Source: Camelus dromedarius (Eukaryota). Taken from it: a DNA stretch of 64,000 bases. The DNA lies in the NCBI RefSeq assembly GCF_036321535.1, contig NC_087437.1:69194001-69258000 (forward strand), given 5' to 3'. The translations under genes were made by a program, and so were the position numbers. Of the stretch, positions 25,601-38,170 are shown one piece after another. Position 1 is the first letter of the stretch. The number at the start of each line of letters is the position of its first letter. The notes under the pieces were generated by a model that searched no databases, was not told the DNA's origin, and was given only the letters and a program-made list of their open reading frames with translations.

Positions 25601-26959
25601 GAGGGTTAGAGTGATATAAAGATGTAGAATACAGAATACAGCAACAAGCTTTCACCTAACCTTTTTTTCCTGGATTTTAGATGGAAGCTCTGAGATATTT
25701 AGCATGTGGTAAAAATAAACTGCAGACGAATATTAAGTGACCAATAATTTATTATAAATCCTTACCTTGCTCATGTCCCAGATGTCCTGCAGGCTGGGGT
25801 TGTCCCAGGAAAATACAAGGCTAGAGCAGAACTACAGCTCTACCATCAGTGAGCATTCTCTTGGGGGATCTATACTTACATAATTCCTTTCTAAAGGAGA
25901 AGGTGAGGAGATGGGACACTCTTTGCTTGTAGATCCATCCTGTGGCACTTGGTGCATATGCACAGGTGACTATAGCAATAGGATCAAGCCTTGCAGAGAT
26001 CTAAAGAAAAACAAATTATTGAAGGAGTCAAAAAGGATGTTAAAAAAAATGCACTCAGAAAAAAAGTGGTGTTTAAAAGAAACAAGGTCAGAAGTGGCTA
26101 AGAGTGGTGCAGATGTTGGCAAGCCAAGCATGGAAGAGAACCCAACTTTTGGGATGCTTAATGACAATGCCAAATGTTGACACATCTCCAATGGTGAACT
26201 AAGGCTGTTGGAGGAAAGAGAAATCTTCTCATCAGAAGATTATATGCCAGCAATGCAAAGTGAGAACAAAATTAATTAGCCTTCTAGTTTCTTCTGGAAT
26301 ATATGGGGAAAGCAAAGAAATTGAAGAGCTCTTTTGAAATTTGTGGAAAGTATTAGTCTAGCCTTAATCTTCAGTCCACAAATTTTCCTGAGTAGTTCAG
26401 AAGGAATAAAACATAAAAAAATAATTTGAGCTAGAATTCAGCTTTAATACTTAAATTTTGCATTTTTTATTTGCTTCTCTATTTCCTTTCTTGATTTCTG
26501 GCCATCAAGGAACACATACACTCAGCACTCTAAATACACAGTCTCTTGCTGTATCTTGCCAATTCTTTCTACATAAATGAGCCCAAGACAGAGTTTGGAC
26601 ATGAAGTGCAATGAGGTGTCAGAGATGGTAATTCACATAGATGTTGGGCTGCTGGTCAGTAGATTTTGTTCGATGAGGTATAAACTTGTGGATCAAAAGG
26701 AATTCTTTCTCTCCATGACTCCACAGAGCATGTGACTTCAATTCACAGAGTCAGAAGGGAAAACCCAGGCACCTATTTCTCATAAGTAGCTATTTTATTT
26801 TTCCCCTCCATATTGACAAAGCCTCCGTTTTATCGCCAGACCTCGACTGAAGTTTTGCTGGATTGTCCATTTCTGATGCTGCTCCTCTCTTAACCACTTT
26901 GCCCCATTACCTTTTCTCTCTTTTACAATGTTTTCTGCAGTGTTTCACCAGTTTCACTT

Positions 26960-27645
26960 TTGTAATATCTCTAAAATCTGTCCCCCTTGTTTTCCTCCCC
27001 TGTCATCACTACCCATAATGCAGGCCTATATTATTTCTTGCTTGTGTTGTTGAAAGAGACTCCAACTGGCTTCAGTGCTCATTATTGTCTCCCTAATCTA
27101 TTCTACATACTGCAGGCAGAGCTTTCTAAATGCAGATTCTACTTTAATTATATCATTGCTTTTCTTATAATACTTCAATTGCTCCTTATTATTCTTGGAA
27201 TAAAATTAGAATTTCTTCCAAAGGCAAACCAATTCTTTGTAATCTTGCCCCTACTTATCTACTTCCCCAGCTTCATTTTAAATATCTTCTGCCTACCTTC
27301 TTCTTTCTCTTCTGCTTCCCTCTTGCTTTCCAATCCATTTGAAATTCAACTACACTGACCTCTGCTGTGTCCTTCAACGTGCCATTTTCTGTCTCACAGT
27401 TCTTTTTCCACTCCTTACTCTGTCCAACTCCAGCTCTTCCTTCAGCCTCTATCCCAGCTTTTACTCCCTCAGGGAAGCCTTCCCTGACCCACCAGTAGTC
27501 TTGGTTAGGTAACCTTATCAACACTGTCTGTTGGATTCATTTATTTCATTACGCTTCTCCCTCTAAAGGTTGCCAATTTGTTGAGAACAGTGATGTTTCA
27601 TTCACCTCTAGCATCTAGCACCAAGGCTGGTATATAAGTACTTAA
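26960..27645 (+). mobile_element. L2 LINE 3' region
   Basis: aatctattctacatactgcag, ggaataaaattagaatttctt, ctccctcagggaagccttccctgacc and ctagcatctagcaccaaggctgg occur in L2 order. Confidence 0.8.
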
Positions 27646-28709
27646 GACGTGAATTCTCCTTTTATACTGAGGTATTCAAGATAGTTACCTTCTAAATTAA
27701 AGACCTCCTCTATGATTTTAGCAGTTACCAAATGTTGTTCACCCTTCATAAGTACACATTTCTAAAGTTTCTTTAAACACATTCATTCTCTTGTTGATTT
27801 TCCTATGTAATCTAAAGATTACACGATCCATGGACCATCTCTCTTCTCTCTGTCTTTTTTTTTTTAATAAACAAAAAATCTTAAATCTCTGTATCCTTCA
27901 TGGAACCTTATGAGATAATGAGGCAAGTCAGTAAGAGACGCAATGTCCCTGATCACATCTCATAGCATCTTCCTTTTCATTTGTCTCCTCCTGAATGAGC
28001 ACTCACTCTGAACAGTAAGTTTTATGTTTTTTTTTTTTTTACTGTCTTTTTGCTCAGTGAACATCTATTGAGCAAATGCTATGAATGAGTCAGTGTTACT
28101 ATATTGAGGACAAAATTGTCAAACTCAGGATTGTAATGTAGCATTATAAAGGCTAATTGTGTCTTTATTTTGTGTGTTGCATTTATGGTTCACAGTTCTT
28201 TACTTGTTTTTCTATATCAGATTGTAAAGTTTGGGATAATAAAGATTATTTTATTTATGAATTCTCTATCATAGGTCCACTACCAGGTTATAGAATGTTA
28301 TGTAAAAGTGATATTCAGTTCTATTTTATTAAAAAATTTTTTTTCATTCAACTCTATTTTGGAACTTCAATATTCACAGAGAAGACAGCATGAGAAAAAT
28401 TTACAAAACAATTAATAAAGCACTCAGGTCAAAGGCAGGCATCATAACTAATTTGTGGATGTCTACCCAAGGCAGGAAGAGTTTCAGGCCTTTCCTAAGG
28501 TTCTGTAGGTAACCAGTACCTGAGTTTGGCCTGGAGCCTTCCACTCTCAGTCATGATGGGACACATGCAACTATCCATGCCAGAGGAGAAATGCACTTTC
28601 TTTGAGTGGTATCTTTCTCTGAGATATTTTTCAGAGCAATTCCCATTTATTTCATACTGTACTCATTTATTAAGAACTTAGACATTTAGCAAGACAGTAT
28701 TTCCTGCCT

Positions 28710-29660
28710 GTTTATTCATTCATCCATGTCTTCATCAGAATAATGATGGAAATATTCTAGCATTGGGCAACAGAGCACAGAAATACTTGCCCACAAGAAG
28801 TTTATGTTCTAGTGGAGGGAGACAGATAATAATAGAAATAAATAAGTAAACATTTTAGTATGTTAGTTAGTGGTAAGTACTATGAAACAAGAATTCAGTG
28901 GAAAGGGTATTCAAGAGTGTATTGCCAAAGGTGTATATGGATGCAATTTAAATAGAGAAAAGCACTCCGGGCTGAAGGGACAGCACATGAAAAGGCCCTG
29001 AGGCAGAAGCTTGCCTAGATCCAAGAATAGCAAGGAGGTCAACGTGCTGGAGGGAAGGAGTGGTAGAAAGAGAAGGAGATGAGGTCAAAGAAATAATGGA
29101 ATAATGCCAGGTTTGCAGGGCTTTATAGGTCACCGTTAAGACTTTGATGCTAACTCTGACATGTGAGGCATTGGAGGGATTTGGAAAGATGAGTGATATA
29201 ATCTGACTTATGTTCCCAAAGGACCTCCTGGCTCCTGTGTTGAGAATGAGTTGCGGTGTGCAGGAAAGAAGCAAGGAGACCGATTTGCCTATTGTAATAG
29301 TATTGTAACAGTAAAGAGATGGTGATGGCTGGGCAAAAGTGATAGCAGTGGAAGTAGAAGAAGTGATCATACTTTGAATTTGTTCTGATGCTAGAAGTGA
29401 TACGATTTCATGATGGATGAGGCATGGAGTGTGATAGAAAGACGAATTCAAGGTGTTTTGGAATAAACAACTGGAAGGACGGACTTCTAAAAATTGAGAT
29501 AAAGAAAACAACATGAGGGGCAGAATTTAAAGGGAAGAGATAGAGAGTTTTGTTTTGGATATATTGTGATCACCTGTTAGACTTCCAAGGGAAGGTGTTG
29601 AGTAGATGGATGTATAAAGAAGTCTCGAGTCCAGTGGGGGATGCTGAGGATGGAGATATG
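28710..29660 (-). mobile_element. L2 (L2a-like) 3' region with ORF2 C-terminal relic
   Basis: Antisense tail ttattcattcatcc. ORF 28948-29514 (-) contains YCYNT...PQLILNTGARR...SIKVLTVTYKAL, matching the L2/CR1-clade DYCNS...LQ.ILN.AAR...K.L...YKAL region. Confidence 0.9.
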
Positions 29661-32610
29661 TTGGATGTGATGACAGATATTACAGGAAATAGAAAGTAGC
29701 TCTAAAATACCATCTTTGCCTTCTAGAAATGTATAATCTACTGGCTGGACATGATAGATCTATAAAAATAATTAACAAACAATACAAAGTAGTAGATACA
29801 CTATATTTACAAAGTATGTGAGTACCAAACTAAGTGCTGGTGCGAATTGTGGCATTAATTCCTAGAGAAGGTAGATGTACATTCAGGGAAGTGTCCAGAG
29901 AGACAACAGAGTCTGAAGTGACCTTGAAGCTTATGTTGAATTTTAGTGGTTACAAAGGGGAGAAGTATCCTAGGCTCAGAAGGTAGGAAGTGGGAACAAC
30001 ACGAAACTCTTGAAACACAGATGAGCTCTTTCCACCTGTCTAGGATGTATGTATGGAAATCCCACATTAGGTTACAAAATATAGAACGACTTAAGAAGTA
30101 ATGTGAACTTGATCTGGTAAAAAGTATCCCTAGACATTTTTGAGTTAGTGAATAACATATGCAACGCACTGCTTTCAGTAAATGAGTCTGGTAGCCACAT
30201 TGAATTTATACAGGTTTGCAAATCCAGCTTTAGTACTTCCTCCAAAATATTGGCCATCAGAGCCCTGAAGCCTAGTTGATAAAGAAAAGATATATCTAAT
30301 TCCATAGCTTTGGAACACTTCCACTGTTTTAAAATATGAATAGACCTAACAGGTATATAAGTACAATTTATATGAAATTATTATCATGTTCTCAAGTTTA
30401 TACTTATGACCATTAGGAAGTGGTCATATTAACGTTATGAATTTGGATAGTCTGGGGCAATATGTATCTTTTTGCTCTAGACAGGCTGTCTTTCCACCCT
30501 GGAAGAAAATAGACATTTTTCCATTGGCCAGTAAAAACCATCCGGCAGAAGGGGAAGCTAACAGTAGGAACTCAGGAGGTTAAAATACTTTAAAACTCAA
30601 AACATGTTTGCCTTCTGTGAAGTGGCTGTATTTGCCCTGTTTCTAGTCACACCTTCATTTTCCAAGCCGACTGTCTAATCTGAGTCTTTCTCTGGAGATA
30701 ATACAGGGTGCAAGCCCCTTCAAAGAAGGGATTTGTGCTTGCTGGCAGCTCCCGGAGCTCTGTTCTGTCTAGTAGTTAAGATCTCCAGAGTGGCTTATGG
30801 GCTTTGTGTAATTTCTATCTGCACCCAGACAGCTGGACTTCATTTCATTTTATTTGCATTTAATAATAAACCGCCTTTCCTTAGCTGTTAAATTGTGAAT
30901 TATCAAACACTATAAAATCCTCCTTCCCATATTCCAACTACACTTCCTTTGAAACAGACCCATCGGTAACACGCTGGTTCTGGGGAAAAGCTGGGCTTCG
31001 TGCCATGTATTTCAGGGTGGGAAGTACTCTGATATATTTCTTTTGGGGCTAAAAAATGCCATTTCTGATCTAATATGAACACTGGGAACAGCAGAGCCAG
31101 CTTTGTGGTGGATTCATCTTTAATTATTAAAACAGGAGAGATCATTCATGCCTCTTTGAAGTTCTTATTTTATTTTCGGGAAAGGAGATGAATGTGCAAG
31201 TCACTACATGTGAAGCAGGGTAGAAGTGAGGGTAAAAGGAGAGAAAAAAAAAAAGAATGTCAGAAGGAATAGAAAATAGAGGGGAATAGTGATTGTAAGA
31301 GGAAAGGAACTCTAGAAATTCGAAAAGGACAGAGATGGCCTGCTTGGTTAGATGGTACATAACTCTCAATAATATTTGGTGATATGTGGATTTGAGATCT
31401 CCTTGCTAAGTCATTGTCAGTCAATGAAAATGCAACTGTGTGTTGGCAGCCACTGAGCTTAGGAGAGCTAATGATGAAGGAAAGGATGAGGAATGAGGGG
31501 GAACGATTTTACATATTAAATCTTGCTGAGGAATTATGTCTTCTTGCTATGGATTTGGGAAGAAAAACATACTGTTTCAAAAAAATTGAGAAAGCTGGAA
31601 CAGGGTGAGGAGTTGCAAGGAGGAAAGAGTCACAAGCAGAATAAAAAGTCGCTCAATGTCAGGCATCACAGATCTCAGTATGTGGTTTTTCTTTCTGTCT
31701 AAAATTGTCCAGTCCTGGTAATTAGAAAGTGAGCATAATGAGGGGGCTGGTCTGAGTCATGCTCTAATGAGTCAAAATTACAGCAGGCTGGCATCCGTTA
31801 CACGGAAGCATTTGTGTGTATGTGGCGGTGGGGGGCGGGGGTGTCAAGGTATCATTTTTCAGGGGAGAACACTACTAAAGTTTAGGGTGTATTGACAGAA
31901 TTGGTCATGGGCCCCAGGCCAGGAGTAGCAGAGGGAACACAGGATTTAGGTGCATTAATGGACTCTGTGATGGTTATTCTCAATGTTATTATTATAATCA
32001 TGGATAATGTTGTGTTCATATATCAAAAATTAATTATCATTTAGTTGCCTCTCATGCTTGAGGAATTTGAGCCTCTTCTGGCTGACAGTGAAATAACCAT
32101 AAGATAAAAAGTGGATTGGGACCAGGAAGATGCTACTGATGTATACAGAACCTGGATGTTTGTCACCTGTAATAAGGTTCCTCTTTATTTGATTGTCCTC
32201 TAACCTGATATATGTGGGATTAAAATTAACTTTTCCCCAAAAAAGAGAGGAATATGGAATGGAAACAAAGACATTTGCATAACAGGCATGTAGAGAGCCC
32301 TAAGCACCTGGAGTCAGAGGACCAGATTCACTAGTCCTCCAGCCGTAACAGCATCAGCTCCCACCTAGGACACATTCACGAAACAGGGCTCCTTTGCAAA
32401 TGAAACAACTAAAGCCTCGCTTCCTTGCTGTTCCACGCAAATGTATAAATGTATAAGCTCATGTATTCTTAATGCCGCCAACCTTGCAATACATCTTAAG
32501 TTAATTAGAAACAGATTTCCCGTTTCATCATGGCTTTATATTTAGTTCATCAATGAGATTGTTTTTCTACAGAATCACTTTAATAACTCACAGCTGTAAA
32601 TGAAAAGGAT

Positions 32611-33078
32611 CTCTTAGGTTGGACTCCCCAAGAAGTAGACCCTGAACTGAGGAATTGTGCCAAAGTGACTTACAGGAAACCTTTCACAGGTAAAACCAGA
32701 AGAGGAGTAGGAAAGTGGGGACTGGAGGAGAAGAGTACAATATAATGCAGAAGCGAGAGTGAGAGTACAATATAATGCGGAATCCCACAATGGATGAGGC
32801 AGACCTCCAATCTGTCCTGATTCAGTGTTTATATTTCAGCACCTGAAATCATTGGTTAATGGCTTTATGCAGGGAGGTGGGGGTGGTGGGGAGAGAATTC
32901 CTGGGCATTTCAAGTACTCTGTATGTTTTGGCAAAAAATCTCTAGCAGCCTGAGGACAGCCCACTGACAAAGGGCCTCAGGTGCTGGCTGTTCTAAGTGC
33001 ACTTCACTGGGAGACAATATTCATGAAAATGGTAGGGGATACGAAGGGATATGGGCAGAGCACTGACAGAGTCTACTG
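32611..33078. mobile_element. ERVL-type solo LTR (LTR33-like), decayed
   Basis: Start tcttaggttggactccccaagaagtagaccctga and end gggatatgggcagagcactgacagagtctactgc resemble recalled ERVL LTR termini. Confidence 0.6.
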
Positions 33079-33109
33079 CAGAGGAAATGGCATTTCACAG
33101 GCTCCCCGT

Positions 33110-33600
33110 TGCTGCAAAACGTGGATATTGTCATTAACTTCTTAGCATGGTCTTTGCTCTTTTCCCCATTTTCCTCCCCTGTTCCTTTCCAACTTAACAG
33201 AGCTGCTGCCATTATCTCAAATGCACCATGTTGGTTTATGTTTCCTTGTCTTGGTGCATGGCTTTCCCTCTCTGAATCCCCATAACTAACCTCGTTCCTT
33301 CGATTGGCTGATAATCTCTTGCCCTGTCCTTGAAGACCCTACTCAAGCTTTACCTTTTATGTGAGGTCTTCTCTAACTGAACCTGGAGGAATTTATGTGT
33401 TCTTATTTCATCATAAAACTGTAGTGCCTTTATTCTCTAGCATGGGGCACATTCCACTGGACTGTAATTTTTAATTTGTATGACTGCTTACTTAGGTTAT
33501 GTTATCTACATTTTTTTAAATCTCTGAAAACCTAGAACCCTTGGTCCATGTCTGGCATATGGTTAGTATCAGTGAATGTTGCTGAATGCAACTAAATGAA
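33110..33600 (+). mobile_element. L2 3' fragment
   Basis: Ends gtctggcatatggttagtatcagtgaatgttgctgaatgcaactaaatgaa. Confidence 0.6.
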
Positions 33601-35859
33601 TATTTAAAAAATTGCATGTAGGAGACACATTGAGTTTTTGACTTGGGGGGTCCTTTTGAGGTAATCAAACCAAGTTTCCACCTATTATAAAGATCTCTAT
33701 GTATTGTATCCACACCAGTGGATATTTGGCCTGTTTATTTTTAAGTAATGTTTTAGCTAAAACTGTTACCTTTTGTTTAGGCAGGATACAGTAGTAATAA
33801 TCAGCTGTGGGGATGCTTTCTTCTTGGGGTCAAAACCTCCACATTCTTCTCTTAGTCATTAGAGTTGGTATTGTGCCTGAAATTCCTTTTTTAGTACTTT
33901 AAATAAAATTTTCATAGAACTAGTAGCAGTTGTGTTGATGCTCAACAGTTTCCAGGTTGAGATGCCAGTAGAGAATATCAACACAGAACAGATATTAATC
34001 ACATGTGTAAAGTTGACCTGTCCCACTACATTTTATGGACATTCTCTCTTGCTTGTGTGTTTCCCCTCTGATAATGTCAAGGAAAGGGTCTCCTCTTGCT
34101 GAATCTTTTCCTGTGACCCTGTTATGCATTTGTAAATCGTATGACCAAACTTTAGCAATACAGTTTCTGGCTTTCACTAGTTTAATGTGAAGAGAAAATG
34201 AAAAATAAATAATAATGAATGGGTGTTATGTTATATTCAGAGGTATAAAGAATGTACAATTTGGACAGGACACAGACCTGTTGTAAAGGCAGAAATCATG
34301 GATGATCTAGAAGAATTATGAAGTATAATTGGTATAAAAGTGATTAAAATGTGAATGTATCCCGCATCACTAACCAAAGCAGGCTCTATCTGCATGTCAT
34401 CCTTCACTGTTAAAAAGTGTCTTTTCTGCTCTTTACTCAACTCTCCTCCACCCACTAGGATCTATATCATCCCTTGCCTGTCCTACCACAGCTGGAAGTT
34501 GGCTAGCTTTTGGAATAGATACTAGAGAACCTGTGTTTGCATTTTTTTCCTCTATGCCATCTGTTCACAGAATGGATTGCAGTTGCCTCTAGTTAAAAAG
34601 CAGATTGTCTTGGCCCCAGGTCAGGAGAGAAGTCTCAGCATCCTGTTTGACGGTTGAAAACCTCTTCCTCATCCCTGCAAGACTGGAATGTAACACCTGC
34701 AGTTAGAACCTGGGTCCCTTGACTGGTTCCTCTGGCTATTACTCAGCAACCCTCTGCTGGAAATTCATAGGAGCACCTCTTCTTTTTGTAGCCTGGCCTC
34801 CTGTTTCTTCATCTCAATGTGTTTTCTATTAGGCTTATCTTTTTTTTTTTTTTTTTTTTAAAAAGTGACTGCTGTCAGCCTTGATATACCTTCAAATGTG
34901 TTTGTGCTCAGAACTTTCAGAGCTGTGGTCCCAATGAACATTAGGGCTAGTGAAAGATCTACAGTTGTCTTTTGCCAAATCACTTTGGCATCATCTGCAA
35001 AGGAAAATTTTGTACGCTTCCATCTCTTTACTTTGTTTATTGGAGATCAGGGGCAGAGAGAGAAGACAGTGAAGCCGAAAATTAACATCTTTCCCAGATT
35101 GTTGGGCCACCACTTTGTAAGAGAGGTAAAAAGATGTCATATTTAGAATATGTATATTCTGTCTGCCTTCTCTTTCTGAGAGCTTTCTGTTGGCATCTAG
35201 TAAAAAGAACTCTTATTTTCATTTTTAAAAAGATTTGCAAAAGTAGAAAAGTCCTTTTGTTAGACCCAGCCAATTGCAAAGTAATGTATCTTATAGGCAA
35301 TAGAGATGGCTGTTGGTGTAAATTGCCCAGAGATGAAAAATGGCAAGAGTTATTGAGAATCAAAAGCTGAATGAAAAAATACTCAACTGTTCCTTTACCT
35401 TTACCTTCAGGTGAACTGACCGAAAAGTTACTTGAAATTCTGAAAAATAGAGTCAATATATGAAACTTCCAAATGACTTCCTAATTTCTTAATCGAGTGG
35501 CCTGACTTGTTTTCTTGATGCTTCTGCAACATTTGCTCTACTACGACATCCTTTTTTCATACCTATTCTTCTCAAATGTTCACCACCTTTCCTCCAAAAG
35601 TCCAGCTTCCACCTGTCAAAATTCTAGTCAGCCTTCAAGATCCAGTATAAATGTTACTTTTTCCACCAAGACTCCCCTGATCACAGTATCTGGAGGCTTC
35701 AGGAGGGAAGATGACCTTTTAGGTAAGTGAAAAATAATATATGCCACATGACTATACTGGAAAGACTGTGGAAAGTTAGTGGGCATTAAGAGTGGCAATG
35801 TAGATTATAACCAGATAGTGGGTTACCTTGAATGTCTGCTCAGGAGAGTTGAATTTAGG

Positions 35860-36090
35860 ATGTAAGAGACGTAAAATCTGGATTATAAACCTGCCTCCAC
35901 TGCTTTACTGACCCTGTGACCCTGGGCCTCTTTCAGAGTTAGTTTTCTTATCTCTAGAATGAGGAAAATAATATTAATATTAAGAATTTCACAAAATTCT
36001 TTTGAGGATTAAATAAAATAATACATGTAAGGTAATTAGTACATTTCCAGCCAATGGTACATATTCAGTAATTGGTATCTGTTGGTAGTA
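35860..36090 (+). mobile_element. MIR SINE
   Basis: ctgtgaccctgggc...agttttcttatctctagaatgagg...tgaggattaaataaaataatacatgtaagg. Confidence 0.75.
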
Positions 36091-36224
36091 GTATTAATAT
36101 TAATATCAATGATGATAATATTTTTGCTTGATTTCTTTAATTCACATTTCAGCAAGATCAGTGTACATATACCTACTAAAATCACCCACTGCTAAGGCAT
36201 TCTTTGCTTGTATAAAACACTTGT

Positions 36225-36646
36225 TGTTATGGGCTAAATTGTGTCCCTGTCCTAAAAAAAAAAAAAAAACCCTCCTGTGTTCAGGTTCTAACCCCCAGTG
36301 CTTCAGGATGTGACCTTATTTGGAGATAGGGTATAGAGGTAATCAAGTTAAAATGTGGCCAATATGATAGATCTTAATCCAATATGACTGTTATCCTTAT
36401 AAGAAGAGGAAATTTGGATACAGATGGAACAGAGGAATGGTGATATGAAGACAAGGAGAAGGTGGCCATCCACATGCCAAGGAGAGAGGCCTGGATCAGA
36501 TCTTGCCCTCACAGCCGTCAGAGGAGCCAACCCTGCCAGCATCTTGATCTTAGGCTTTTAGCCTCCAGAACTGTGGGAAAGATAATTTCTGCTGTTTAAG
36601 AAGTTAACCAGTTTGTATGTTATAGCAGCTCTAGTATACGAATACA
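36225..36646 (+). mobile_element. MaLR solo LTR (MLT1A/B-like)
   Basis: tgttatgggctaaattgtgtccc start, gatgtgaccttatttggagataggg, ccttataagaagagg, gcctccagaactgtg, and aataca end. Confidence 0.92.
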
Positions 36647-36816
36647 CACCCGCAGCAGTTTCCAAGGCATTCATTATCTTTTAAGTGACCTTCTCTATGC
36701 AGTGCCCCAAATGGTAACTAGACAGGGTGATCTTTTGAAATGGGCAACCACATTAAGTATGACAGACAGCCTGAGATCCTTGTGAATCCTTAAGTTTGCA
36801 AAGGTGAGTAGAAGCT

Positions 36817-36947
36817 GGGAGGGGATAGCTCAGTGGTAGAGTGCATCCTTAGCATGCACAAGGTCCTGGGTTCAGTCCCCAGTACTGCCATTAAAATAAA
36901 TAAATAAATGAATAAACCTAATTACCTCCCCCCGAAAAAACAAACAG
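36817..36947 (+). mobile_element. tRNA-derived SINE, camelid Vic-1-like
   Basis: Pol III A box TAGCTCAGTGG (36826-36836), B box GGTTCAGTCCC, (TAAA)n linker, then aaacctaattacctcccccc and an A-rich tail. A second copy lies at 63583-63733. Confidence 0.9.
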
Positions 36948-37984
36948 ACGAATAGAGACTAGGAACACCCACTGAGGCACAGGCCTCTTTGGACTTGAGG
37001 TTCAACCTGGCCCTAGCTAACTCACATTTTATTCTATTCCTTGCACCTTTAGGAGTGCTCTCAAGCAGTGAGGACTATGGAAATAAATCCTTGGATGCAA
37101 AGATCTACCTTGCATGGCTGAAGTCAGCTTATGTGTACCCTACTGTTTGGGACTCTAAGTAAAGTCATCTCATAGAATCATAACAGTTTACTGCTTGCTG
37201 AGAATTAAAAGGATTTTAATCAACTTTTTCATGGGGGCAGATAAGGAAACTGAATCCAGGAGATGGGAAATATCTAGGCCAAGGGTGCCCCTCATTTCAA
37301 TTCTCCTTAATTTCCATCTTCCTTGTTAGACTATTAGAGAGATAGTCATATAAGCACAGTATTTTCCCTTCATCTTCTTTTTCTTTGGTTTTATCTTTTA
37401 TTATTCCTCCTTCTTGAGTTTCTTGTGGATGTAAGTGGATCCAGATTCTGACCCCGTGACTGAGAGCAGCTCACTGACTTACACGTACCCTTGCTTGTCC
37501 TATAATCCAACCAGCCTCAGAGACTGCTTAGCTCCAAGCATCTTAATAATTCATTTCACATATTCTAGACAGTGTTGTTTTGACATACAGCTTTTGAAAG
37601 GGAAGGGAAGGAAAGTGGTGGGGGAGGGAGTTTTGCCCTGGGTATCCATGCTGGACTTCTTCAAATTAGCAAAGCATAATTACTTATAAAATCATGTGAG
37701 AGAATTGCACTTTCTAAAATATATGACTCAAAATTAAATGTGTTTTCTGTGTGGGTGGACAGGTGGTGATATGCAAGGAAAGGGGAAAAAAATCACGAAA
37801 CGCCCCCTCAAAGTTACCTTTTCGCTGCTTAGGATTTTTATATTGTTCACATACACTGAGAACAATGCACCATCTGTCATCAATATTGGGAGTAATCCAG
37901 CTGATTTGTTAACTTTATCACCCTGTATATCCCACAGCACCCGGTACTCGTCGTTAATGAACCTAAATATATATTTGAGAATGC

Positions 37985-38170
37985 AGCGACTCCCAGCCCC
38001 CACTGTGCATCAGACTCACCTTGTAAGCTTAACACAAACAACCCAACACAGATGCCCAGCTCCCACTTCCAGAAATTCTGAGTCATTTGGTCTGGGATGT
38101 GGACCATACGTCAGTATTGCTTTGAAATCTTTCCAGGTGATTCTAATGCACAGACTGCTGAGGACAACTA
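37985..38170. mobile_element. MER5-type hAT-Charlie MITE
   Basis: gtgcatcagactcacct...cagaaattctgagtca...ccaggtgattctaatgcaca, same family pattern as 14541-14703. Confidence 0.75.

Noticed and set aside
25911..26280. 89-aa ORF with an in-frame continuation after TGA
   Set aside because: Purine-rich composition explains the Lys/Glu-rich peptide; no homology recognised.
28948..29514. Longest ORF in the track (188 aa, minus strand) as a gene
   Set aside because: It lies wholly in an L2 element, shows only patchy L2 ORF2 similarity, and begins at a non-ATG codon.
31745..31757. Y RNA-like start ggctggtctgagt
   Set aside because: Similarity stops after about 13 nt and there is no complementary 3' stem.
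35715..35728. Recursive splice site ccttttAG|GTAAGT
   Set aside because: The pyrimidine tract is only about 6 nt and is preceded by purine-rich, AG-containing sequence.
36817..36892. tRNA gene
   Set aside because: A and B boxes are present, but the acceptor stem pairs poorly, a SINE tail follows, and a second dispersed copy is in the window.
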